From NCBI GenBank assembly GCA_905178155.1, contig CAJINV010000003.1, positions 1,962,395-2,026,394 on the forward strand: 64,000 nucleotides of DNA. Reading direction: 5' to 3'. Made by a program: the position numbers and the translations under genes. Positions 48,601 through 60,999 of the stretch are shown here, in pieces; positions within the stretch are counted from its first letter, which is position 1, and each line of letters begins with the position of its first letter. Source of the stretch: Amoebophrya sp. A120 (lineage: Eukaryota > Protista > Dinoflagellata). The notes beneath the pieces are model-generated. The model had not been told where the DNA came from, ran no database searches, and saw only the letters and a program-made list of their open reading frames with translations.

Positions 48601-50911
48601 TCCGCCTTGTAGTCCGCCATTTCGCGCTTGAACACGAATTCGTTGAAGTGCTGCTGCAGGTTCTCGTTGGATAAATTGATGGTGATCTGCTCCCAGGTGT
48701 TGTTGGGGAAGGACTCGAAGCCCGCGATATCCAGTAAACCCACCTCGATCTTCTTCGCGCTGCTGTTCCCGATGTCCCCGGCGACAACTTTGTTTAAGTT
48801 TTCCATCAGCCAGGCGAACAGCCGCGAGTACACCAGCGTGGCTAACCCGTTCCGCGCCTCGTTCGCCAGCTCCGGCTTCAGTTGCTTCACCGTCACGTCC
48901 TTCCCGACGATCAGCTTCTTGTTCGTGATCGCGGTCTGCAGCACCTTGTCGTCGCACTCCCAGGCGGTGGACACTTCCTTGGTCTTGTCGCAGATGGACG
49001 AATCGTTTTTCCCCGCTTTAAAACTCACGTTCCCGAGCAATAAAATGCCCGCCACCGCCTTGAACAGGTCGGCGCGCTTCTTCTCGCCGATGGTGACGTC
49101 CTCGAAGGCCGACACCACCTCGTTGTACTCGGTTTTGTCATCCACGCCGTCGGCGAGCTGGGCTCCGCTTTTCAGGTAGTTGAAGTCGCTCCACTTCGTG
49201 CCCTTCGGCAGCCCGTACTTCGCCCCGTCGGGGCCGTGCAGCAGCATGTAGAAGATGTGAAAGTTGCGCTCCAAACTGGTCTGCTTCAGCACGCGCGACT
49301 TCTCCAGCAAATAGTCCACCAGCAGCGCACCGTCGATGGAGCCCTTTTGCCCGAACATGATCGCGGTCCACTTCCCGAACCGGGACGAGTTGTTGTTCCG
49401 GGAGGTCTTCGCGTTCCCAAAAGCTTCCAAGATCGGGTTGCACTGCATGATGCGGTCCTGGATGCGGCTCTCGTTGTGCCCGGCGGAGTCCGCGAAGAAC
49501 CCCAACATGATCTTACACGCTTCGGTCTTCCCCGCCCCGGACTCTCCGGAGATCAAAATCGCCTGGTTCAAACTCTCGCGCACGCACCCCGACAAAGCGG
49601 TCTTGGCGATGGAGTACACGTGCGGGGGCTGCTCCCGGGAATCCGCCGCGTTAATGTACTTGTCCATGACCTCGGGCGTGTCCAGGCCCAGCCGCTCGAA
49701 GGGGTGTGAAGTGTAAAAGTGTCTGGGTCTGGAAGGATCCGAACTTGTGATGCGTGTTTCGGATCCTACGAGAAAGATCTGTGATGCACAAACGTGCAAA
49801 AGGTGCCCACTTCTGGCCTTGCTGAGAGGGCATCTCTCATGCAGAATACGCATCAGCAAGGAGCTGCAGAACCTGTGATGCTAGGCCCTGCATTCCAGAC
49901 GTGGGGGAGCTTGGAAAAACTGCATGACAAATCTCGGAGTCTCCCAGACCCAGACATTTTTGCAATTCATAAGGGGTTGCAGGAGACGATGATCTGGTCG
50001 ATCATCGTATAGATCTCCCCCTTCCCGTACCTATGCATTGCAAAAGTATCGTACTAGTAGTAATTGCATTCATGCATTACAAATTTTTTTCTTAAGGTAA
50101 ATCCGCATGACAAATTTTATTTCTGATGCTGGGGAAATTTGTATTGCATTTATACGAGTACGATACTTTTGCAATGCATAGTACCGGGTTTCCAACGACT
50201 GCAGCACCGCGGCGTTCACCACGGACCGCAGCTGACACACGTATGAGAGTGCACAACTCCCCCTCCCACTCATTTGTATTGCATGAACAGCAATAAAAAC
50301 ACCAGTACACGTGGAGCCTGCGCATGACAAATTCATGTAGTACTCCTGTTTGGGCTTCCGGAATCTGTCATGCAAACAGTGCTAAAGGGAAGCACTTGGA
50401 TTTCCGGTTTTGCATGACAAATGAGGGAGAGGGAAATTTGTGCACTCTCATAACACGTCGGGTAAGCCCATTAAATGGTCGTCCTCCACGTCCGCGACCT
50501 TGGTGATCTCGTCCGCGGTCAGCCACACCACCTCCTCATATGCATTGCAAAAATGTCTGGGTCTGGAAAAAGTGATCTTGTGATGCTGGCCTTACATTCC
50601 AAGAAAATCTGTATTGCATGACTAACAAACGCACAGCGTTCTTTGTGATGCAAAAACGCAGTTTGTCGTGCGCGCTACGTATGAGACAGCGTTGCAGGAA
50701 CTTGTCATGCTTGGCTGCATTCGAAAGCGTTTCAGTCATCCACAGTTCAGCATCACAAGTTTCCAGACCCAGACATATTTGCATGTGATACCTGACTCGC
50801 GTTCTCGATCTGGTAGCCGCGGACCTTCTTGCCCTTCATGTCCTTAGTCTGCCCCGTGTCCTTCGCCATCACATACCCCTCGACGGGGTGTGGAATCCAC
50901 TGCTTCAACAT
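45639..50911 (-). CDS. Myosin E: D-type copy truncated after MyTH4 (no FERM or tail); may be a pseudogene
   Basis: Near-identical to D through MyTH4. The frame runs into the retroelement A1 repeat and stops at ...EVAARLSR*. Confidence 0.75.
49705..49971. mobile_element. TIR intron element, family 1 (267 bp), myosin E, same site as 39715
   Basis: TSD AGGGG; right end CCCAGACCCAGACATTTTTGCAATTCATA. Confidence 0.9.
50032..50180. mobile_element. TIR intron element, family 4 (149 bp), myosin E, copy of 40045
   Basis: Same sequence, TSD GTACC. Confidence 0.9.
50242..50452. mobile_element. TIR intron element, family 3 (211 bp), myosin E, copy of 40255
   Basis: Same sequence, TSD ACACG. Confidence 0.9.
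50539..50790. mobile_element. TIR intron element (252 bp), myosin E, copy of 40552
   Basis: Same sequence, TSD CCTCA/CCTGA. Confidence 0.88.
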
Positions 50912-52079
50912 CTTGCTTCTTCGCGAGGAGGGCGGGCGGGGGGGCTGAAACTAACTAAAGGAAGCGTAAAAGTGAATGGTCAAACTTTTTTGGAAAATAA
51001 CCAGTTTGATGTTACAACTTAGAACTTAAAAGCGCTTAAAGTAAACGTGCTTTTTGTCGGTCTCGTCAAAAATACCGGCAGCGCCATGGTGCACGTGGGT
51101 CGTGATCATCATGGAACAAATAAAAATATTTCATTTGCATTTGGGACAGTAAAACAATCATGTAGCACAGGGTATCGAATTGGGATGATGGGTGTCACAG
51201 TGGCGTTTGGCTTGCTAGGCCACTGTTGCAAATGAGAGAATGAACGTAAATAAAATCTGAGTATATATAACTTGCTCTACCGTGATGCCGGCTGAAAAAG
51301 AGCGAGCAGTGGCTGTGGCGCCTAGGTGCACGATGAAGTAGCAGACGTTTCTTATCAACAAGCACGAGTTGCAGGACGAGTCAAAAAGCACAGCACGATA
51401 CCGACTCAGATTGTTATTAGTCACTTTCTGCTGGGATGTTCTTGATCAGTACGACTGCAGACCGACAATTTTAGTCTTGCCTTTGGCTTTGCGCCATGGT
51501 CATTCACATAGTACAACCGATTTTGATTTATAATTAACCACTGCCTGGATTGCAAACAAAGAGTAGTTCATTTTCATAGAGGGACCGAATTTCACGAATG
51601 AAATACTGGAGAAGCGCCAGAAAATGAGAATAGATGCGAACGCCAATGGTCTCCCATTTCGGAAGATCATAGGCACTCGCCACTTGAGAAAGCGCTTGAT
51701 TTAGATAAAGCCTTTAGTGCAATTAGAAACGTCGCGTCGCTCAATCCTTATTTCTCCGCATATTTCCGTCCATGAGGACATGCATCATGCTACTTGCGAT
51801 TGCGCATCATGAGTTAAATACCTGCACTGTTACTCTCGCATCATCAGATATGCATCTTTAGGTGTAGCAAGTATTCGTGTCAAACGATAGTCGGCACTCG
51901 AATAAATCAATGCCCATATTATCAGTAATTTTCTTGTAGCCCGCATGCAGCTCGGTCCTGAAACAAGTCAAACAGCATCACAAACAAAGCTCGATGTACA
52001 ATCACAAGTCAAATTGTTGAAGCCTTCAGCAAGCAAGTTCGCCCGGAAACAGGGCGCACCCCAAAAAAACAAAACTGAA

Positions 52080-55000
52080 TGAAGTCTCCGACTGATATCA
52101 TTTGACAAAGATTGCCCCAGGGTGCAACGTGCAGAGCCTGAGACGGACATTGTCCAATGATATAGAGCCCGGCGAGGCAGTATCGCCTACGCAGGCCCGC
52201 GTCGTGCGCGACATGTGGATCGACAGCGGAGATCTAGATCGCAAATTCGCAAACTCACACTCTGATCGAACCAACGCAAGGATACAAGTGGCGCTGCTCA
52301 CTCAACCACCACCTTTGCGGGGCGATACAGTCCTGGCCGACACTCTAGCTAACTAACGACGAACAACAACAACGAAGCTTTTTTCTTGTCTCGTCACCTG
52401 GCGAAGCCAACCCTTGCAAGCTTTTGAAGGGAGGGAGCGGACGGGTCTTTTCAAAACTTGCAGCGGAGCCACGCCTTTCCTGCAGGCGACGGCTCGAACT
52501 CAATAGTTTCCATCTCAAGTAGCTACTTTTTTCGGGCTTTTGAGGTACTCGCAAAGGGGAGGTGGCGCACACTAACTCACCTCGACTTTCACCGCGAAAG
52601 CCGTGCGGCCCCACATACAAAAAGATCGCCGCGCTCTCAGGATGGAAGCTAGCTAGGAAGTGAACACCAACAGCAGAACCGTCTGTAGCTAATTCTTGTG
52701 CCAACCAGAATTAGCTAGGGCGCACTAGAAATCTTTTTCAGTCTTCGTATCCTTTCCTGCGTCTACGATTTCACTCTGGATCAACGTATTGCGCATGCTC
52801 AGATCCTTAATGAAATCTCCGACTGATATCATTTGACAAAGATTGTCCCAGGGTGCAACGTGCAGAGCCTGAGACGGACACTGTCCAATGATATAGAGCT
52901 CGGCGAGGCAGTATCGCCTACGCAGGCCCGCGTCGTGCGCGACATGTGGATCGACAGCGGTGATCTAGATCGCAAATTCGCAAAATGCGTAACATCCACC
53001 ACTTCCGATCCTGAGAACAGCGAAGCTTTTTGAAGGGTGCACCCCTGCCCTAAACACTTCACTACTGTGAAGCGGCGTAGCCCTTTGCGGAAATGAAAAC
53101 CAGAGGCAGCAATTGGTCGACCCACTGAAGTCAATTAGTTGTCCTCAGCAAAGTCGAAGATTTTGGCCAAACCATTTTTCCAGGTGCGAGACACTCTAAC
53201 CGCGAACGATTCTAGTTTTGCTAGATAATCGCTCCAGTTGCCGCCAGCGCGACAGCATCCTATGCGCGCGGGGAAACCGATGATGGCTGTAGCTTCTTCG
53301 TTCGGGAGTCGATGTTTCAATTTTTCAAAGAAATCGCCGAGCGCCTGTTGGAACCACGCCAACCGCTTTGCCTGCGTTTCCGCATTACCCTGCTGGTTCT
53401 TCGGCGGTAGCCCTGGCTTGTGTTGGCCATACAAGTTTGCTACTAACTTGCTTGCACGGGTTGAAACCTTTCGCAGATCCGCCGTGCCCGGGACTCTTTT
53501 GTAGGACTTCGCGCACGTGTTTGCTGGTGGATATTTGAAAAGTATCTTCTTCGCTATACCTTCCGCTTTTCCTATGGTCAGGCAGTTTGTCTGGTGCGCG
53601 ATCACATTCATGTTGTCTGCTAGAATTGATCCCCGCACATGCACCAGCGGCACTCTTTCCGGCTTTACTTTCTGGCTTGCTTTTCTCTTCGGCTTCTCCA
53701 ACAGTGCCAAGGTACTTTCCGAGTACCCTTCGCACTTTGTCTGCAGACTTTGCGCTGGCACTGTGCTCAGCACCAGATAGGTGTCGTCTGTTGGCGGTAG
53801 GTCTACCCAGCTTGCTCCTTTCCATACTTGGAATATCGATTTATTCTTCTGGAATCTGCTCACCGTGTGAAACTTCGAATGCAAATAAGCAAGCCTGCTT
53901 TTGTATTTTGGAACTAAAACCAACGCCCGGGGGCGCTGTGCTTCCGGGACTTTCATGTAGTCCACCAATTTCTTGAGGACCGGCATAATTGCAAAGCTGC
54001 CTGGATGCCACCAACTCAATTCCAGCGCCATTTCGTGGTCTGTGGTCTGGTACGCGTCCGTGATGTGGTTTTTGAAATAATCCACCAGTCTGCTGTGACC
54101 CTCACGATCACGCATCGCGTCCACTGTTGGCGTGATTTTCAGCCTTGAGCATACCGACGACAACGCTTCTGGTTTTAGTCGTTTGCTCGGGTTCTGGTCG
54201 TACAGCGTACTGCTGAGCTGTAGTCGGCTGATCGCGTCTGCTATCACATTATGCTTGCCCCGCACATGTTGCGCCAGCATTTTTATTCCCAACCTGTTTT
54301 GCATCAACTTGATGGCCTTGGCTTTTTCTGCGAGCCACTGTTTCCGCCCGGTCCCAAAGTTGATGTAGTGCATGGCACTGGTATTGTCTGTCCGCAGAAG
54401 GATAATTCTGCCCGCAAAACGTTCGCCGTATTTTTTTAGCCATTCTGCGACTGTGGTCAGATCCCTTTTGTTGGAGTGTCTTTGGTCGATTTCTTCGCTG
54501 AAGTCGCCCTCGTGCCGCACTTCGTCCCCGTCCGCCGTCAGCCCCCAATGAAACCCGCTAGCATCACTTGTGACGATCATGAAAGAGGCGGGATCAATAT
54601 CTTGGAAGATTTCGGGATGATCAAGCAATTCCGGAGTAAACAGGAAAGATAAGCCCTCGGTCGTGGAAAAGATGGGGATAAAAGGATCGTCTTTGAGGAC
54701 TTGAAGCCACCAAGAAAAATCTGCTATGACCGCAGCGGAGAGCTGGGGAGATGGACTGAAAGACTTGCGTCCTTTGGTCCATGCAGCGATAGCCCCCGAA
54801 TCCCCAAGCAAGTCGTAAGCGTTCCGCAGAAATGCGCGCCCAGCCGAGACAACAAAGGAGATGAAGTTCAACTTTCCTACTATCGACGCCAGATCTTTTG
54901 CGTTCGTTGATAATCCGTTCGCGGCCTCTTGCAAGCATTTTCTAATGCTGCAATATACTTTTCGCGTTGTTCTGGGTCCACGTAAATCCGCATCTTGATG

Positions 55001-55643
55001 GCGTTGATCATGAACCCTATCCAGCAGATGCACTGCGTCGGATAAGTCATCTTATCCAGCTTATCCGCCCGGAATCCATGTAAAACCAATCCTGGAACGA
55101 AGGAAAAGGCGCGAAGTTTTAGAGGCACGAAGGTCGTCCCCTTACCGCTCACGCGTCGGATTTCGGAGGCGGCTTCGCAACACTCAGGGGCTTCCGACCG
55201 AAGATGACGAATAAATAGCTGAGAACAGTTTAACCGGGACTGGCAGCGACGCACACTGTGTGCAAACATTACACAAGATGCACACTGCGCGCAAGCGGGA
55301 ACTAAAGTGGCAAACACATCTTGCGTTGCGGGCCTTCTGGCCACATGCGTTCTAGCATGCTAAACTTTTGGACGTGATGTCTTTCATTACGTCCCAACTG
55401 AGCCCAAGCAGCGAAAGAGGCTGTCGCGTCGACGACTTACTTTGGCTAACCGAAATCCTACAGCCTTACCGCACGGCGCGTCGGATTTCGTGCCGTAATC
55501 ACTCAAGCTAACGAGGTCTTTCAGCCTTTAACTTAGTCCTTTCTATCCTATACTAATAGCTACTTTTTTCGGACTTTTGAGGTACTCGCAAAGGGGAGGT
55601 GGCGTACACTAACTCACCTCGACTTTCACCGCGAAAGCCGTGC
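52080..55643 (-). mobile_element. Deleted tyrosine-recombinase-class retroelement, copy 2
   Basis: Appears identical to 42093-45656 at +9,987, with the same split direct repeats. Confidence 0.8.
53135..55087 (-). pseudogene. Retroelement pol remnant (RT end, RNase H, MTase-like, macrodomain), copy 2
   Basis: The 632-aa ORF translation is identical to 43148-45046 and carries the same frameshift. Confidence 0.8.
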
Positions 55644-58600
55644 TGCAACTTCATTGTTGCTATTCGCGCCCGTCGCCGCCGCGGCCTCGGCGGCGGCCTT
55701 CTCCCCCGCGGCCGGCGGCGGTGCGGTCTTGGCCATCGTGTCCATGCACTGCGTGGCCATGGTCAGCAATTCCTTCTTTTCGGGCAGCTCCTTCTCGAAC
55801 TTCTGTTTGGACTTGACCAGAAAAGCCCGCACGTACTCAATGAAGTCGGGCGTGGGGATGGCGTGCTGGAAGATGAAGGCGAGCAGCTTCCACCCTAAGA
55901 GCTGGGACCGCAGCCCCGGGTTGTGGGTGAGCTGCTTGATCACCTGCGCGTACATCTCGTTGGTCAGCGCCGCCTCGGACCGCGCCTTCCACACGATCGC
56001 GTACAACAGCGGCACGCGCCGCTTCTCGTCCACGGGGTGGTCCGTCATCCAACCGAGCACGTTTCGGTAGGCCGCGGTAGCGGTGGAGTTCATGCTGGCG
56101 TCCCCGATGTTCGTCAACGGGGCGGACAGCTTATTCTTGCTCCACGCGAACGTGCCCCCGGGCTCGCACGGAAGAATCTTATTCCCGTCCGGACCCGTGA
56201 TGGGCTTTACCACATCCGTGTTGATGCAGGGGGCCTTGCTCATGTCACCGTACAACGCCATCACCATGTCGAGGTTACCCGACGCCACTTTACCGTCCCT
56301 GGGGTTGATGTTGATGCGTGTTTATTCAGATATAGAAGAGTGCACATGATCAGCGATCGAGTTTTCAAAATTCAAACGCACTGGAACTGGTGCCGGCCTA
56401 GATGCGAGACGAGCCGTTTCCGTTTGTTTCTACAACAGTGCATCTGCATGTATGACTAGAATACAATTAGCATATGCAAACAGAAACACTTTAGGAAACA
56501 CGGGGAAAAAACACCAGAAGTGATTAATACCTTTGGAACAGGGACCCACGTCGAATATGGGCGATGCGCGAAGCGTTTTCCGCCTTTGTGAGAAGATCGG
56601 CGTCGACGCCCGCATCTTGTCCGGCAAGAGCTAAATTCGCGACCTTGGTGGCCAGGCCGTGAAAATCTTTCTTGGCTTCCAGGGTTTTCAGACAGGAATG
56701 CAGCTGTTCCTCGATCCACCCGGGGTCCATAAGCTTCGTCAACATTTCTCGCGCAGGCTTCAGATCGTTGGCGTCCACCTGTCCATTCGCCACGCACGTT
56801 GACAGGGACGCTTGGATCCCCCGCTTGTCGCAATTGTTGATGGCCGCCGTCAGCAACTTTACGAGCTCCTTGGGAGAATCGTGCTTCAACTCGTGCTTCT
56901 CGAGCTTCTCCTCGTCCAACTTGCTCTTCAGCCGCTCCCACTGGGCTTGCAGCTTCACAAATTTCGCGCCCGCCTGCTCGTCCAACCAATCGGACTGGTT
57001 TTTTAACCCCTTCTGGGTAGCCTATGCGTCAGAGAAAATAAAAACTTTCACTTTGTTTTAATTGAAAAGAAAAACCTCATTAGGCTGAGGCTAGCTCTAG
57101 CAGGTGAAGACTGCAGCAGAAGCAAAATCACATAACGCTATGAAAGCATGCTACCACGAAACAAGTTGACAGGAAGAACGAGCTAAAAGTCGAAGAAACT
57201 TTTATTTACCTGCTCCACGACGTGCTGCAGCCGCTTGCATGCGTCGAGGTCCGACGGGCTTGGGTCGGTTCGGTCGGACAGACCGGCCATGGCGGTGATC
57301 AGCGGCAGCTGCACGGAGAGCATGTCGAGCCGGACCGCCAGGCGCTTGGCCACTTCGTCCTCGATTGCCAGATTGGTCAGCTGGGAGACCGCGGTCTGCA
57401 ACTGATCCAAATCGACCGTCTTCAGCAATGCGTTCATGTCCTTGTAGACTTCGTACTCCTTGTGGAGCTTCGTTTGACAGGTGAGAAACGCCGCTTCGCA
57501 CACCTTCAGCTTGGTGCTCATGGACTCGATCTCCGCCCGCCACTTCTTCACCTGGTCGCACTCCGCCTTCAACTTGCCCAAGTCGTTCTTAAACGTCGCC
57601 AACGCGTTGGTGTTGGGCGTGTTCGGTTTGTACAACTTGGAACCCGTCGTCTTCATCCAGTTTTGCGTCATGCCGCGGAGCTCCCGCGCCCGCTTCGTCA
57701 TCTTCCTCGTGCGGTAGCCGCGGAAGGCCGCCTGGATTTTGATGGTTTTCTCGAGTGTGGCAAACCGCACCTGCTCGTCGAGGACTTGGTGGCCCCGAAG
57801 ACGGGCCATCACCTTGGTTTTTCCCATCACGTACTGGCCCTTCAACTCCGGTTGGTGGAACACCTCCGGAAGGCGGTCCAGAATCAGCGTAACCACCGCC
57901 GGGTCGGGGAGCTTTTTGCCCGCTTTTTTCTCACATTCCATCCGGAGCTTCACCGGAAAGCACGCGCGGTACTTCCGGCAGAACTCGGCGGGCAAAGCGC
58001 GTAACGGATACCCCTGCTGCCGGATTTTCACCGCCTCCATGGCGCCGGAAAAAATCAGCTGCTCCAACACCTTCGCGCGCGTGAAAATCTTCGGTTTCTT
58101 CTCGTCGTTGGGCTTGATGCACCGGACAAAATGCGGCACGGCGGAACGAATTCGCTCCATTAGCGTTTTCAGCGACGCGCGGAACTGGGTTGAAACCGTC
58201 AACTTTTTCTGCTTGCCCTCTTCCTCCAATTGCTTCCCTAAATCCCGCAGCAACTCGTTCTTCGAGGTCTTCAGCACGTCCATCGCCTCGGGCGGCGGGT
58301 CGTCCGTGTTTTTTTCATGCACCCAGCCACCGACATTGTAGGTGACCTTGCCGGCGTAGTGGGTCAGCGTGAACTCCGGCGGGTCCTTGTTGAACTTGTC
58401 CGCCTCGAAGTAAGCATTCTTCTTGGTTTCCATCAGCTTCCCCAGATTGTTCATAAACGTCTTGTCCGTTTGCCGCATCCCTTTGGTGGCGTCGTCCAGT
58501 ACGCTGAAGATGGAGTCCCTGGGCGCGGCAATCGTGTCCAGGATCTCCTGGTTGTCCGCGAACGTGATGCCCTCGACGGAAACCCCCTCCGCCTTGTAGT

Positions 58601-60999
58601 CCGCCATCTCGCGCTTGAACACGAATTCGTTGAAGTGCTGTTGCAGGTTCTCGTTGGACAAATTGATCGTGATCTGCTCCCAGGTGTTGTTGGGGAAGGA
58701 CTCGAAGCCGGCGATATCCAATAAACCCACCTCGATCTTCTTCGCGCTGCTGTTCCCGATGTCCCCGGCGACAACCTTGTTTAAGTTTTCCATCAGCCAG
58801 GCGAACAGTCGCGAGTACACCAGCGTGGCTAACCCATTCCGCGCCTCGTTCGCCAGCTCCGGCTTCAGTTGCTTCACCGTCACGTCCTTCCCGACGATCA
58901 GCTTCTTGTTCGTGATCGCGGTCTGCAGCACCTTGTCGTCGCACTCCCAGGCGGTGGACACCTCCTTGGTCTTGTCGCAGATGGACGAATCGTTTTTCCC
59001 CGCTTGAAAACTCACGTTCCCGAGCAATAAAATGCCCGCCACCGCCTTGAACAGGTCGGCGCGCTTCTTCTCGCCGATGGTGACGTCCTCGAAGGCCGAC
59101 ACCACCTCGTTGTACTCGGTTTTGTCATCCACACCGTCGGCGAGCTGGGCTCCGCTTTTCAGGTAGTTGAAGTCGCTCCACTTCGTGCCCTTCGGCAGCC
59201 CGTACTTCGCCCCGTCCGGGCCGTGCAGCAGCATGTAGAAGATGTGAAAGTTGCGCTCCAAACTGGTCTGCTTCAGCACGCGCGACTTCTCCAGCAAGTA
59301 GTCCACCAGCAGCGCACCGTCAATGGAGCCCTTTTGCCCGAACATGATCGCGGTCCACTTCCCGAACCGGGACGAGTTGTTGTTCCGGGAGGTCTTCGCG
59401 TTCCCAAAAGCTTCCAAGATCGGGTTGCACTGCATGATGCGGTCCTGGATGCGGCTCTCGTTGTGCCCGGCGGAGTCCGCGAAGAACCCCAACATGATCT
59501 TACACGCTTCGGTCTTCCCCGCCCCGGACTCTCCGGAGATCAAAATCGCCTGGTTCAAACTCTCGCGCACGCACCCCGACAAAGCGGTCTTGGCGATGGA
59601 GTACACGTGCGGGGGCTGCTCCCGGGAATCCGCCGCGTTAATGTACTTGTCCATGACCTCGGGCGTGTCCAGGCCCAGCCGCTCGAAGGGGTGTGAAGTG
59701 TAAAAGTGTCTGGGTCTGGAAGGATCCGAACTTGTGATGCGTGTTTCGGATCCTACGAGAAAGATCTGTGATGCACAAACGTGCAAAAGGTGCCCACTTC
59801 TGGCCTTGCTGAGAGGGCATCTCTCATGCAGAATACGCATCAGCAAGGAGCTGCAGAACCTGTGATGCTAGGCCCTGCATTCCAGACGTGGGGGAGCTTG
59901 GAAAAACTGCATGACAAATCTCGGAGTCTCCCAGACCCAGACATTTTTGCAATTCATAAGGGGTTGCAGGAGACGATGATCTGGTCGATCATCGTATAGA
60001 TCTCCCCCTTCCCGTACCTATGCATTGCAAAAGTATCGTACTAGTAGTAATTGCATTCATGCATTACAAATTTTTTTCTTAAGGTAAATCCGCATGACAA
60101 ATTTTATTTCTGATGCTGGGGAAATTTGTATTGCATTTATACGAGTACGATACTTTTGCAATGCATAGTACCGGGTTTCCAACGACTGCAGCACCGCGGC
60201 GTTCACCACGGACCGCAGCTGACACACGTCGGGTAAGCCCATCAAATGGTCGTCCTCCACGTCGGCCATATCACAGTGAAAAATGCCCCCCACCCCTGAA
60301 ATTGCAAGAATCTGTGATGCGAAGTTTCCAAATGAAAGCTTTTTGTCATGCATGAAAGGAGTACGAATCTTTCTGATGCAGATTCTAGTCGTGTCTCGCA
60401 TCGCTTGCATGACAAGCACCGCTCTTGCTGGGATCTTTTGCAATACAAATTTTTGCTATTCACGATCGGAAATCTGTGATGCTGATACACGCAAGAGGGC
60501 GAATGTTTCATTTGGAAAGATTTGCAATACAAATGCTTTCAAGTTCGGGGGTGGGGGCATTTTTCATTGTAATAGGCCACTTTCGTGATCTCCTCCGCGG
60601 TCAGCCACACCACCTCCTGATATGCATTGCAAAAATGACTGGGTCTGGAAACATGGAACTTGTAATGCTAGTCCTACATTTCTGTAAGATCTGTATTGCA
60701 TGACCAACAATAAAGTAGCAACGCGCTCTTTTGTCATATAAAAGCGCAGCTTGTCATGCGGACTGCGCATGGCAAAGTGTTCGGCAAACTTGTCATGCTT
60801 GGCTGCCTTGGGAAGTATTGCAGTCGTCCACAGTTCAGCATCACAAGTTTTCAGACCCAGACGTCGTTGCATTTGATACCTGACTCGCGTTCTCGATCTG
60901 GTAGCCGCGGACCTTCTTGCCCTTCATGTCCTTCGTCTGCCCCGTGTCCTTCGCCATCACGTACCCCTCGACGGGGTGCGGAATCCACTGCTTCAACAT
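55626..60999 (-). CDS. Myosin F: D-type paralogue truncated after MyTH4, with its own 5' end; may be a pseudogene
   Basis: Same truncation as E. The 5' exons carry synonymous changes and a different element set (60269 present, 40255-type absent). Confidence 0.75.
59692..59958. mobile_element. TIR intron element, family 1 (267 bp), myosin F, copy of 49705
   Basis: Same sequence, TSD AGGGG. Confidence 0.9.
60019..60167. mobile_element. TIR intron element, family 4 (149 bp), myosin F
   Basis: Same as 40045 and 50032, TSD GTACC. Confidence 0.9.
60269..60574. mobile_element. TIR intron element, family 5-like (306 bp), myosin F only
   Basis: Ends TATCACAGTGAAAAATGCCCCCCACCCC...GGGGGTGGGGGCATTTTTCATTGTAATA; TSD GGCCA; removal gives ITKVA|DVEDDH; absent in D and E. 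Confidence 0.92.
60621..60878. mobile_element. TIR intron element (258 bp), myosin F, same site as 40552 but diverged
   Basis: Perfect TSD CCTGA; ends TATGCATTGCAAAAATGACTGGGTCTGG...CAGACCCAGACGTCGTTGCATTTGATA. Confidence 0.88.

Larger units (their letters stand above)
40030..60227. repeat. Tandem segmental duplication, period about 9,987 bp (myosin, upstream region and retroelement)
   Basis: ORFs and sequence recur at +9,987 (for example 43148-45046 and 53135-55033; 47196-49859 and 57183-59846). Similarity continues leftwards into myosin D at +9,990. Boundaries are approximate. Confidence 0.92.

Noticed and set aside
17329-59703. Long plus-strand ORFs overlapping the myosin exons
   Set aside because: Antisense shadows of GC3-rich coding sequence; they start and stop with the minus-strand exons.
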